In this document: positions 1-20,840 of the stretch, one piece after another
Numbering within the stretch: position 1 is the first letter of the stretch
Layout: each line of letters starts with the position of its first letter
DNA from: the human T2T-CHM13v2.0 reference genome, Homo sapiens
Length of the DNA stretch: 64,000 nucleotides
Strand: one strand, 5' to 3'
NCBI RefSeq assembly: GCF_009914755.1
Contig: NC_060926.1
The notes under the pieces: model-generated
The model's database searches: none
Seen by the model: only the letters and a program-made list of their open reading frames with translations
Told to the model about the DNA's origin: nothing
Program-made: the position numbers and the translations under genes

Positions 1-2362
1 CCTGCCTTCAGGGCAGGGAGCAGGAGCCGTGACGGGCAGGAGTGTGCTGAGGCTGGGATGGGCCAGTACCACCTGTCCACCTGGCTCCCTCACCACTTAA
101 CAGCTTAGGAGCCTCGGAAGGCCCACAACCCACCCCTAGGACGCCACCTCCCATGGGGTCAGCCCATGGCTGGGAGTGGTTGGGGCTCCAGGATGCTGAG
201 GGCAGATCACTGCCGGGGCCAGGCTGCTGTCAGGCCATCCCAATCCAAGCATCAAAAGTGAACAGCAGCTCCCACTTCCCCCTGCTCTGGGCTGCAAAAA
301 TGGACCTCGTAATCGACCATACCAGCACAGTACTTACTTTCTAGTGGACCCTTCCTTCTGTCCACTCTCTGAACCTGTGAGGTGGGCAAGGCAGTCAAAA
401 TCGTGCCCACTCTGTGAATGAGGGCTTCATGCTTCCACTAGGCCAGTGGACCTGTCTAAACCCCACGGCTAAAATGCTTAGGAAGGGGGAGCTTCGGCTC
501 CCCAGCCAGCCTCAAAAAGGGCCCTCAAAGCGTGAGGAATGGATCTTCAGTGGAAATGTACAGAGTCTCACAGTGGGACCAAGTATGCCTGCCTTTATAG
601 AAAGGACCTACAGGGACCACCTCTTCCTCCCCTCCATTTGCTAATAAGGAGGATCGATACAGAAAGCTCAGATAAGCTCAGAGTCACACCAGAAAAGTAA
701 CAGAGCCAGGCTAAAGCCAAAAAGCCACTCTGATTTGGACAATCATGGAGAGGACTTCTCCCCTTCCTTCTGGTTGGTTCATGGTGAAAAATCTGACCAT
801 GGCATTCAGACAAAGCCTCATGTTCATGAGGAGACCCTGAAAGCAGTCAGGAAGTCAGCCGAGGTCCCCAGGGGACACCTGCAGCAGGGCCATGAAGGAT
901 GACATGGTTCCCCTTCCCTGCCTCAGTCAGCACAGAGCAGAACAAATCCTCATGCAAGATTTGGCCAGAGCTGGAAGGAGCCCCAGAGGCATCTCAGCCT
1001 GCCTCATTTCACCCCTAGGGAAACTGAGGCCTGATAAGGACCCAGGAGGCGGTCATGACCATCTGTACTTTCAGTTGCCATAAGAGACCAACAATCCGGG
1101 AGCGATCGGGACAGGTGAGCCAAGGAGGTCCGCAGCAGGGGCAGGGGTATGTGTGGGTACTGTTACAAAGGGCATAGGCCTAGCTCACTACCTCCCCTAT
1201 TCTCACAGCGCAAGAGACACTCTGAGGCCTGTTGCCCGAGGGGCCTGCGGGCCAAGTTCAGATGATCTAATACAAGGAAGAAAACCACTACCTCTGTTGA
1301 GTTTCTATCAGATGCCAGGCAGGAATCACCATGCCCAACTTACAGGTGAGGCCCAAGTGGCTGAGTGACTTGTCTGAGGTCGCCCAGGAGGTAAGGAGCA
1401 GAGCTTGGACTGCAAATGCAATGTTCTCCCACTCCACCTCCTTCCCCTCAGACCTAGAGGCCGCCCTGCTACTGCTATTTGCTTTGGGATAGTGTTGCCC
1501 TACCTGCCTGCTCAGCCTGCACCCCTGAGGTAGGGCCCTGTGGCCCCTGAGCCAGCTCCCTCCCATCCATGCTCTGGGGTCTTTCCATGTCCTTGTCATC
1601 CCCCAGCCCCTGCTGGAGGGCTGAAGCAGCTGGAACTGCTTTTTCCCACCAGGCCTGTCAGGACCAAGTCACCAGACCTACTCTCTCGAGAATCACTGCG
1701 TAATGGCCACTGGGAATCTGCATTTTAACAGGAAAGTTCTGGAAGCACTGTTTTGGAGAAATAAAGACTGGGATCTGCTGCTCTCAGGAAAGACTTTAGT
1801 TCTGTTTTTGAGGAAGGAAAACCAATTTCCACTCTATTCCACTAGGGCCAAAGCCAGCTGATATGCCCCCTTGATGGAATTAACAAGGAGCCTCTTCCAG
1901 GAGGTACAACCTCATGTGGTGGGCAAAGAGCCCCTTTCCGTGGGGGGATAAAAAGATTTCCCTTCCTATAAGCACATAGTTCCAAGATTCCTTCAGCTGA
2001 GAAAGTGAGGAAGAAGTGCAGAGGCCTGAGGCAGACACTCCTCCCACTTGGTCACTTTCACTCCGGAGAAGAGTGTCCCACTGCAGCATTTATCCTGCCG
2101 GCACCCCTCCCCACTAACACCAATCTCTGCTCTGGAGAAAAGGTCGCTTTGCCCGGAGTCGCTAAAAATCACACATTAACAGCCCTAGTGGTTTCCAGCA
2201 GTTTCAATGCTGGCTTCAGCCAGAAATGTCTTAAAAAGGCCACCCGCTCTTTTTAATCCATAGCATTTATATTTTATAACATTTAAACAGAACCATTTTA
2301 AGGCAAAGATACATAGGACTTTCCTCACATGTCCACATAAAAAGGAAAAACCAGGAGATATC

Positions 2363-2400
2363 TATTAGGTTGGTGCAAAAGTAATTGCGGTGTTTGCCGT
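2363..2400 (+). mobile_element. MADE1 (Hsmar1 MITE), left half
   Basis: TA-TTAGGTTGGTGCAAAAGTAATTGCGG Hsmar1 TIR. Confidence 0.85.
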
Positions 2401-2985
2401 ACATTAGACAACTAGGGAATTCTTTCTGAGCCCAGCAATGATCAGCTCCTACAGAGTACCGCTGCCTCACACGGGGGATCTCCCTCCTCCAAGAAGCCCT
2501 CGTGCCTACCCTCTGGGCTAGGAGCCTGGATATCAAGCCCCAAGAAAAGGTGTCCTCTGTAGAGGCAGCTTCCCCGTTACCCATAGACATAACAGCTACA
2601 TTTACTGAGCTTTCTAATGTTTCAAGAACAAACACTATTAAAAGAATGACAATCAATATCACAGGTGACAGAATTACCCCATTTTACAGATGGGAACAAG
2701 CTCAGAGAGGTCAACAGACCTGCCCGCCCCTGATTCCACAGCCCATGCCCTTCATGGCTCTCTGCCCCAGCCAAGGCCTCCCCAGCTCACAGGGAGGCTG
2801 AAACCTCCTGCCAGCCTGCAGTCTTGCCAGCCTCTTACGCTAGGCCACCCTGCCCTCCTGGTTGAGGGCACTTGACTGTGTCCTCCACCATCTGACTCCT
2901 GGAGAAACTCAGCCCTCAGCACCTCTTTTTGTTTTATGCAGCTCCCTGAATCACACCCTTTTTGATGCTTTCTTTTTTTTTTTTA

Positions 2986-3347
<362 letters not shown>

Positions 3348-3499
3348 TCAAGCAATCCCCCTACCTCGGCCTCCCAAAGTGCTGGGATTACAGAAGTGAC
3401 CTTTTTGATACTTTCAATATTAAAATTCCCTCCAGTGACACCCATCATTTGTAAAAGCTGGATGGGCCCAGCCTCATCTCACTTTGGAAGCAGGGTCAG

Positions 3500-3515
3500 A
3501 GCGCCATCTGGTGGC
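3500..3515 (-). promoter_or_regulatory. Candidate CTCF site
   Basis: Reverse complement GCCACCAGATGGCGCT is a near-perfect CTCF core. Confidence 0.7.
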
Positions 3516-3829
3516 TGTCTAGTGAGCCTTGTATTGGCTGAGCAGCAGAATCAGAGCCTGAGATCTGGAAGGCCCCTAGGAGTCAGGTGGTCCAGCAGAG
3601 GTTCAGAGATGGGAAGTAACCCACCTAAAGGCACATGGCAAATTAGAATCCATCTCCAGGACCATAACCCAGCGTTTGGGCAATAAGACTGTGCTTTTCG
3701 AATTCCCCTGGTGTTTCGGAGAAGCTGCATATCTGGAGCCATATCTGATAGTTGTGAAGTGCAAGTAGAGACAGTCCTATTCTCAAGGTGCACCATCTTC
3801 CTGGCGTGGCATCCTTTATTCTGCTTATC

Positions 3830-6980
<3,151 letters not shown>

Positions 6981-7452
6981 TTTATATAATGGAAAATTTC
7001 AAATATGCAAAAAATTGGAGGACATAGTACAGTGAGCCTCCATGTACACATAGCTCAGCTTTAACAATCACTGGCCGGGCATGGTGGCTCATGCCTGTAA
7101 CCCCAGCACTTTGGGAGGCCAAAGCAGGCAGATCATCTGAGGTGGGGAGTTTGAGACCAGCCTGGCCAACATGGTGAAACCCCGTCTCTACTGAAAATAC
7201 AAAATTAGCTGAGTGTGGTGGCACGCGCCTGTAATCCCAGCTGCTTGGGAGGCTGAGTCAGGAGAATTGCTTGAACCCAGGAGGTAGAGGTTGCAGTGAG
7301 ACTAGATCACGCCACTGCACTCCAGCCTGGGCATCAGAGCAAGACTACATCTAAAAAAAAAAAAAAAAAAAGGCAGAAAAACAACAAAAAAACCAATCAT
7401 CAACTTTCTGCCATTTATGTCTTCTAAGGGCTTTTTTTCCCCTCTCTATTTT

Positions 7453-8459
7453 TGTGGGGAAAAGAGAGATCAGATTGTTACTGTGTCTGCGTAGAAAGAA
7501 GTAGACATAAGAGACTCCATTTTGTTCTGTACTAAGAAAAATTCTTCTGCCTTGAGATACTGTTAATCTGTAACCCTACCCCCAACCCTGTGCTCCCTGA
7601 GACATGTGCTGTGTCAACTCAGGGTTAAATGGATTAAGGGCTCTGCAGGATGTGCTTTGTTAAACAAATGCTTGAAGGCTGCATGCTTGTTAAGAGTCAT
7701 CACCACTCCCTAACTTCCAATACCCAGAGACACGGTACACTGCTGAAGGCCGCAGGGACCTCTGCCTAGGAAAGCCAGGTATTGTCCAAGGTTTCTCTCC
7801 TTGTGATAGTCTGAAATATGGCCTCGTGGGAAGGGAAAGACCTGACCGTCCCCCAGCCCCACACCCGTAAAGGGTCTGTGCTGAGGAGGATTAGTAAAAG
7901 AGGAAGGAAGGCCTCTTTGCAGTTGAGATAAGAGGAAGGCATCTGTCTCCTGCTCGTCCCTGGGCAATGGAATATCTCAGTGTAAAGCCCGATTGTATAT
8001 TCCATCTACTGAGATAGGGGAAAACCGCCTTAGGGCTGGAGGTGGGACATGCTGGCAGCAATACTGCTCTTTAAGGCATTGAGATGTTTATGTATATGCA
8101 CATCAAAAGCACAGCACTTTTTTCTTTACCTTGTTTATGATGCAGAGACATTTGTTCACATGTTTACCTTCTGACCTTCTCTCCACTATTATCCTATTGT
8201 CCTGCCACGTCCCCCTCTCTGGGAAACGCCCAATAATGATCAATAAATACTAAGGGAACTCAGAGGCCGGGGCCGGCGCGGGTCCTCCATATGCTGAGCG
8301 CCGGTCTCCTGGGCCCATTTTTCTTTCTCTGTGTCTCTTTCTTTTTTGTCTCTCATTTTTTTGTCTCATTTTTTGTCTCTGTGTCTCTTTCTTTTCTAAG
8401 TCTCTCGTTTCACCTAACGAGAAACGCCCACAGGTGTGGAGGGGCAACCCATCCTTTCA
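7453..8459 (+). mobile_element. HERV-K(HML-2) solo LTR, LTR5 (probably LTR5B)
   Basis: TGTGGGGAAAAG...AGATCAGATTGTTACTG start, ...GGGGCAACCCATCCTTTCA end, 1007 bp, ATTTT duplicated on both sides, internal AATAAA near 8242. Confidence 0.9.
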
Positions 8460-8905
8460 ATTTTCTTCTTTCATTCTTACTTTCTTTTTTTTTTTTTTTT
8501 TTTTTTTGAGACATGCTATCACTTTGTTGCCCAGGCTGGAGTGCCAGGGTCTCACTCTGTCACCTAGGATCATGCTTAACTGAGGCCTCAACCTCCCCAG
8601 GCTCTGGTGATTCTCCCACCTCAGCCTCCCAAGTAACTGGGACTACAGATCCGTGCCACCATGCCCGGCTAATCTTTGTTTTGCTTTTGTAGAGATGGGG
8701 TTTTGCCATGTTGCCCAGGCTGGTCTGGAACTCCTGGACTCAAGCGATCTTCCCACCTAAGCCTCCTGAAGTGCTAGGATTTCAGACATGAGCTCTGTGC
8801 CTGGTCTAGAGGATTTTAAAGCAAATAATTTCACCTATAATCAGTTCACTCTCTAACAGCTAAGGACTTTTTTCAAAAACTGTAATCACGATACCTCATC
8901 ACAAC

Positions 8906-9774
<869 letters not shown>

Positions 9775-10080
9775 TAAGCATTTGTAGGGCCAGTGAATTT
9801 TTTTATTACTATCAGGTTTAAACTAGTTCATATAAATCTAAGCCAAATAAATAAATACAGGGAGTTGACTAGCTCACAGTCATTTGCTATTGACCTGAGC
9901 AAGTCACCTTCTTTCTGGGCCTGGGTTTTCTATTCTGAAAAGCGGGGGGTTGGATAAGAAGTTATGTCAGGGGCAATCCACGCCTGGGCTTCATGAGACC
10001 TGGGAATACCCTGAAACTGTATGCAAAAGAGGAAAGTGTTCTCAATCTGTCTGTGCTCCGAATTTTCTAGATGTGTGTTA

Positions 10081-10236
<156 letters not shown>

Positions 10237-10469
10237 TTAAAAAAAGAGAATGGTGTTAAATACAGGAACCTAGGCTTCCCTAGGGTGAAGGCCATGTCCA
10301 AGGGGGCTGGTATCAATTTAGAGATGTAACTGAGTCAGAGGGAGAAAATATCGTAAGCTTAGTCAACAGCATATTAGAAAGGAAAATGTGCCTGAGATGC
10401 ACTAATTCAATTAGCTGTTGTCATAGTCACTGTCTCTGAGCAAGGGCTCTGAGCTGGATGCCAGACCAG

Positions 10470-11795
10470 CAGGGTGCCAGACTGAGAAATGAAATGCAGG
10501 ATACATATCTAATTTGAATTTTAGACAAATAATGAATCATTTTTTACTCTAAGCGTAACTGTAATAGGTTAATTGCCTGACACTCCTGTCAAATCAATAC
10601 ACCCAGACACGGGGTTGCAGCAGAGAAAGAGGTTTAATACAGGTCCACTGAGAAGACAGGGAGGAAACTTCAAATCTATCTCCCCAGGGAGTCAGGGGCT
10701 GGGGGTTTTTTGTTGTTTGTTTTTTGTTTTTTTTGAGACAGGGTCTCTCTCTGTTACCCAGGCTGGAGTGCAGTGGCGCAAAAATGGCTCGCTGGAGCTC
10801 GACCTCCTGGGCTCAAACAATCCTCTGCCTCAGCCTCCCATACAGCTAGTATCACAGGCGTGTGCCCATGCCTGGTTAAAATTTTTTTTTTTTTAATAGA
10901 GACAGGGTCTCACTTTGTTGCCTAGACTGGTCTCCTGGGCTCAAGCAATCCTCCCACCTTGGCCTCCCAAAGTGCTGGGATTTCAGGTGTAAGCCACTTC
11001 GCCTGGCCTGGGGCTAGGGTTTTTAAGGGTTTTGGAGAGGGCTGAAGTGGGGAGATCGTTGATTAGGCAAAGAGTGCATGAAGTCATGGGACAAGGAAAT
11101 GAAGAAACTATTCTTATGTTGCTTTCATTCCTCTGTGGAGGTCTTCAAACTGGTTGGCATCAGCTGTTTCACTGGAATTCAGGGACCTGAAAAACATCTT
11201 AAGCAATTCTTAAACAAAACCCTTATGATTCTTTTTTTTTTTTTTTTTGAGATGGTCTCACTCTGTTGCCCAGGCTGGAGTGCAGTGGCACGATCATGGC
11301 TCACTATAGCTTCAACCTCCCCAGGCTCAGGTGATGCTCCTACCTTAGCCTCCCGAATAGCTAGGACTATAGGCACAAATCCACCACACCTGGCTATTTT
11401 TTGTATTTTTTGTAGAGACGGGGTTTTGTCACGTTGGCCAGGTTGGTCACTGAGTTCAAACGATCCACCTGCCTCAGCCTCCCAAAATGCTGGGATCACA
11501 GGCCCAGCCAAGCCTTATGATTCTAATGTCAGAGATCCAATCTAAAGGAACAATGGGGATTCAAGTGGTCAGTATCTAGTGCTATGCGACTTTCTGTTAC
11601 AAGGAAGTGGGTGAAAGTGCAGCCTCATTATGCTTAATTATAACTATATTTCTGTCCAAGATTCTTGTTAAGCCTGTGAGGACAGCTTCATAAGTATGTC
11701 CTAAACACTAGGGACATACTCATACTACAAAGTGACTCATTGCTTATCTGAAATCAAATTTACCTGGGAGTTTCTGTTTTATCTGAATCTGACTT
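10470..11795. mobile_element. MER53-like hAT MITE split by an LTR
   Basis: Left half cagggtgccaga...aatttgaattttagacaaa; right half taagtatgtcc...gggacatact...tatctgaaatcaaattta. Confidence 0.65.
10554..11690 (-). mobile_element. ERV1-class solo LTR (LTR26/LTR8-like), itself interrupted by two Alus
   Basis: Bounded by a 4-bp TAAG duplication (10550-10553, 11691-11694) and ends in CA; subfamily from memory. Confidence 0.65.
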
Positions 11796-11949
11796 GATCC
11801 TGCTCTTAGAGGACCAAGCTTCCAGAATCTAATGACCACCTCAAAATTAGTGATCAGGGCTGGTCGTGGTGGCTCACACCTGTAATCCCAACACTTCAGG
11901 GGGCCGAAGCGGGTAGATCACCTGAGGTCAGGAGTTCGAGACCAGCCTA

Positions 11950-12159
<210 letters not shown>

Positions 12160-12162
12160 TCA

Positions 12163-12674
<512 letters not shown>

Positions 12675-13738
12675 CTATGCCTCTCTGCCAGTGTAGACAG
12701 TCCACACTCCCTTCCTCCAAGATCTAGTCTTGTCAGACCTGCTTCCAGCCGGAATCCACCCCAGTCCTCTTCCTCTCAAGCCTCTTGTTCCTCTTTCTAG
12801 CCACAGTTCCAGGTGACTGCCCATCAATACCAACCCCGCTGGGAGAGACAGGCAGCAAGATACCCAGTCCTTGCCCAGGAGGAAGTCACATTCTAGCCAG
12901 GGAGTAGACTACACTGGAGAGAAATGGCCCAAGGATACACAGCAAAAGCTTGTTTAAAGAAAAAACAAAAGCAGGTGTGACCTGGCTTGTCTGCCCGCAT
13001 CTTTCTGTCCTTTCCAGGGTAAAGCAACTCTCTCTTAATCCAGAATGTAATTACATTGATTGGGAAAGCATTCAGTCTTTCAGACAAGCCACATGCTGGC
13101 AGTAAGCATTGAATACAAATGCAGGGTTTGCAGTGACTGGAAGTTAGAGCCTGCTTGCAGGTAGCATGCAAATGTGTTCAAAATGTCCCCAACTTTGGGA
13201 GAAAAGGCTGGAAGTCTGGATCAAACTCGTATGCAAACCATGAGGAGTGCTTTTGAAGGCACAGCGGGCTAAGGGCTTTCTCCATACCCCCTATCTTGTG
13301 GGCTCTGGTCTTACAGCAGCTGTAGTAATTCTCCCCAGCAGGGCTTGCACTGCACTTCCACATCTGTCCTCTCTCTACACAAGCTATGAATGTCATTTCC
13401 ATTTTACAGATAGGAAAGTGGGGCTCTGAGTGCTTCAGTGACCCAAACATTGTCACCTTGCTTAAAGTGGCAAACCCAGCCAGAGCCCTCCTCTCGCTTT
13501 TCCCTAGTTAGGGACAACTTGCGTAGGTGTCCTTGCATGTCTGAAGATTCTGCATTCTTAGGGATACATGAAGAAACTCCTATGTCCTCCCACCACCCCA
13601 TTCACACTTGAGGATTCTGTGGCAGGTGCGCACTTAACAGTAAAATTCCTTCCTTTGCTAAAAATTTGCTGAATTCGCTCCCTTTCATGATCTGTAACTT
13701 TACATAAGCTGTTGTCTTTTATCAGCTTTAACAGATCA

Positions 13739-14114
<376 letters not shown>

Positions 14115-14435
14115 TCACTTTCTAAAGACTCAGAAAAGGAAGGAGAACCGTGTCCCACCTCACCCTAGCCCTTGTCTTCACTGACTGCAGGCCGCAGCCA
14201 CCAGTTGGTTTCTCTGGGCTGTGTCCTCAAAGATACCAGGAATGCAGAAGGGTGGAGATACAGGCCAAGTGTTAACATTTGTGCTGGTTTGCAGATATAG
14301 TATTTTACCCAGGAAATCAGGGCTTACAAAAATATGAGGCAAATTTTTATCCAACGTACAGGTTAAGTTCTATCCCTAAATTCCATCAAATAATAATCTG
14401 ATGTGTGAAAATTAGTAATTCAAAATTTACTACGC

Positions 14436-15324
<889 letters not shown>

Positions 15325-15371
15325 TAGATAGATTTTGCAAAGCCTATGCATGTACATATTCACCCTAATTC

Positions 15372-15891
15372 TGTTACCGGAAAGGGGTCCCAATCCAGAC
15401 CCCAAGAGAGGGTTTTTGGATCTCGAGCAAGACACAAGAATTCAAGGTGAAGCCACAGAGTAAAGTGAAAGCAAGTTTATTAAGAAAGTAAAAGAATAAA
15501 AGAAAGGCTAATCCATAGGCAGAGCAGTGGCATGGGCTGCTTGACTGAGTATACTTATAGTTATTTCTTGATTATATGCTAAACAAAGGGTGGATTATTC
15601 ATGAACTTTCCAGGAAAGGGGCGGGGATTTCCTGGAAGTGAGTGTTCCTCCCCCTTTCTGACCATAGGTCACTCTTGTTGCCATCTTGGTTTTGGTGGGT
15701 TTTGGCCGGCTTCTTTACTGCATCCTGTTTCATCAGCAAGGTCTTTGTGACCTGTATCTCATGCCAACCTCCTGACTCATCCTGTAACTAAGAATGCTTA
15801 ACCTCCTGGGAATGCAGCCTAGTAGGTCTCAGTCTTATTTTACCCAGCCCCTATTCAAGATAGAGTTGCTCTCGTTCAAATGCTTCTGACG
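15372..15891 (-). mobile_element. MER41 solo LTR
   Basis: tgttaccggaaaggggtccc...ttacccagcccctattcaagat; 4-bp TSD ATTC; inverted homology to 18659-19275. Confidence 0.88.
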
Positions 15892-17790
15892 ATTCCTCTG
15901 TATTTTTTTCAGAATTCCTGTCTCTTTGGGCCCTGATACCTTAGCCTGGGGCTCACTGCTACCTGGAAGCACTAATGCAATCCTAGTTTTCTCCCCTAAA
16001 GCCCATTCTAGCCAGGTGGCAGGGACGTGGAGCCTCACTGTAGGTCACACCCTGGCGTGAAGGGCTGATCAGCCACCCCATGGTGTCCACATGGTTGTCT
16101 CTGCCTGGGGTGACCCTGCTTTCTGCACCTGGAGCAATCCTGCTCCTCCTTCAAGTCCCTACTCAGGTCTCCTCTGAATTCCAGTTCTACAGGGCTACTG
16201 TGAAAACCAAGGCCACAGAGGTCAAGCTTCAGGCACAGGCCTGACACAGGGCACCTGGTCCAGGACAGCTCTGATTGTCACTGTTGTCCCCTCTCCTTGC
16301 CCACTCCCTTAGGTAATCCATCCCTCCCTCAACCCCCTCTGTCTCTTACACATTCTCACATTGCTGCATGGTTAATGCAGTGTTGACCCCTCTCCTCCAA
16401 TGAATCTCAAATTCCTTAAGGGCAGTGACCTTGTCTTGCTTCCTTAGGACCCCATATCTGGCTCTAGGCCTTAAACTTAGTGGACTCCACGGATATTTGC
16501 CAATAAACTCTGTCTCCTGGGATCCACAGACAGCAGTTTGATGAATGGTCAGGACATTGTGATAAATTAAAATTCATTGTTTGATGTGGCTATCGACACA
16601 GACAGAGACTGTGCTGCTAGTGACATCATGTCGGTCTGGTAATTAATAATGATCATTAGTAACGTTTACTTCAGGACAGTGCCCTTGGCCTGGACGTGTG
16701 GGGAAAATGGTCCAGAGCCTCACCGACTGAGTCACTGTGCCCTGTAGGAACGGCCTCTGATAGGGATGAGTGCCTGCTGCTGTGGGCTGCCCCAGTCTGC
16801 CCCTTGGGACAGAAGCTGTGTTTTATTCATCCTACATCTCAATAAACATTTTTTGATAAATCAATGAACTCCTTTGAAATCACACAAAACTAGAGGTGTT
16901 GTTGGAGACAAGCGGTTCAGAAGAGACCAGGCATTGTGGCTCAAGCCTGTAATCCCTGCACTTTGAGAGGCCAAGGTGGGTGGATCACCTGAGGTCAGGA
17001 GTTTGAGACCAGCCTGGCCAACACAGTAAAACCCTGTCTCTACTAAAAATACAAAAATTAGCTGGGTGTGGTGGTGTACGCCTGTACTCCCAGCTACTTG
17101 GGAGGGTGAGGCAGGAGAAGCCTGGGCAACAGAGCAAGACTCCATCTCAAAAAAAAAAAAGTTCAGAAGAAACCTCTTCTGGGTCTTCCAACTCCGCACT
17201 GACTGAAAGGAGAAGAGGCTCCAATTAAAGAAAATTCTAGAACATTCTGTGGGTCCCAGGCTTGTTCCACACTCACACCTCTGCACCGCTGTACATGCCA
17301 TGTCCATCTGCAAGAAAGCCCTTCTGCTGTCTATCTGGGGACCTCCTATGTTTTTTCCAGGATCCCACTTATACACCTTCTCCAGCAGGTCTTCCTGCAA
17401 TAAGGGAGTCTGGTGCAGCCCCTTGAGAGTTCTGCGTCCACTCTGGCCTTTTTCACAAGTTCGAGGCTGTCTTAGGGCAAGTAGGAGGAGTTGGCAGACA
17501 GGTCCTATCTCTGTACCTCTTGTTGATCTATTTGTTTAATTTAAAAAATTTGTGTGTGTGTGAGATAGGGTCTTGCTCTGTTGCCCAGGCTGAAGTGCAG
17601 GGGCATGACCACGGTTTACTGCAGCCTCAAAGTCCTGTGCTCAAGCAATCCTCCTGCCTCAGCTTCTCCAGTAACTGGGCTCACAGGCCCGCACTACCAC
17701 CCCTGACTAATTTTTAAGTGTTTTTGTAGAGATGAGGGTCTGGCTATGTTGCCCAAGCTGCTCTCAAATTCCTGGGATTAGGAGGCCTCA

Positions 17791-18593
<803 letters not shown>

Positions 18594-18658
18594 CCACAGA
18601 AACAAGATCTGCAGCATAGGGGAAGTGTGTTGGCTCGGTCTGAAGTCGTTTTCCAAAG

Positions 18659-19686
<1,028 letters not shown>

Positions 19687-19999
19687 TAAGACAGGGTGTC
19701 ACTTTGCCACCCAGGCCGGAGTATAGTGGCATGATCTCAGTTCATTGCAACCTCCACCTCCAGGGACTCAAGCGATCCTCCTACTTAGCCTCCTGAGTAG
19801 CTGGGATTATGGGTACTTGTCATGACACTCAGCTAATTTTTGCATTTTTAGTAGAGACTGAGTTTTGCCATGTTGCCCAGGCTTGTCTGGAAATCCTGAG
19901 CTCAAGCAATCAGCCCGCTTCAGCCTCCCAAAGTGCTAGGATTATAGGTGTGAACCACCACACCCAGCCAAGAGTAGGATTTTAAACACCAGAACCCCT

Positions 20000-20840
20000 T
20001 GAGGACTAAGCTCTGATTTTTTTTACCTTGCCCAAATTCCTACCTAAGAGGTCTGGAGAGTCATGCCCTACAAACCATAAATTCTCATCAGATGGGTTTT
20101 ATTTAACCCTATATATCATGACTTACTTTCCAATCTGACTCTGGCATAATATTATGTGACTAAGAAGAAAGTCAAAAGATTTTACCCCAAAACATTTTTC
20201 TTTGCCATATCTTGAAATGGCCCTGCAAATCTGTCTTTTGTGGGGGAAAATTTGCATCTGTAAAGAATCTCTATTACCGGCCGGGCGTGGCGGATCACGC
20301 CTGTAATCCCAGCACTTTGGGAGGCCGAGGCAGGTGGATCAGGAGTTCAAGACCAGCCTGGCCAACATGGTGAGACCCCCCCCATCTCTACTAGAAATAC
20401 AAAATTTAGCCAGGCGTGGTGGCAGGCACCTGTAGTCCCAGCTACTTGGGAGGCTGAGGCAGAGAACTGATTGAATCCGGGAGGTGGAGGTTGCAGTGAG
20501 CCGAGATCGCACCACTGCACTCCAGCCTGGGCGACAGAGCAAGACTCCGTCTCAAAAAAAAACAAAAATCTCTATTAACATAGATAGATATTTTTCCCGT
20601 TTCCTGCCCCACCCTCTCCCCTCCTCCCGGCTTTGAGTTGTCCTACCTTTCTGGACCAAACCAATGTATTTCTTAAATGTATTTGATTGATGTCTCGTGT
20701 CTTTCTAAAATGCTGCGCCCCGACCACTTTGGGCACATGTTCTCAGGACCTCCTGAGGGCTGTGTCACGGGCCATGGTCACAAATATTTGGCTCAGAATA
20801 AATCCCTTCAAATATTTTAGAGTGTGACTCTTCGTCAACA
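20000..20840 (+). mobile_element. MER4 (MER4D-like) solo LTR with Alu insertion (20279-20568)
   Basis: tgaggactaagctctg start, ...gactcttcgtcaaca end; 4-bp TSD CCCT. Confidence 0.82.

Noticed and set aside
1-2900. Possible exons or lncRNA in the unique GC-rich left end
   Set aside because: No coherent spliced ORF, CpG island or recognisable RNA gene.
7500-7790. Long inverted similarity to about 52400-52700
   Set aside because: Expected, because the SVA SINE-R derives from the HERV-K LTR; not a local duplication.
7453-8459. LTR5 as a human-specific LTR5_Hs pluripotency enhancer
   Set aside because: The length (~1007 bp) and ATGCAGAG near 8140, where I recall LTR5_Hs having an OCT4-type ATGCAAAG, suggest the older LTR5B. 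Not verifiable without alignment.
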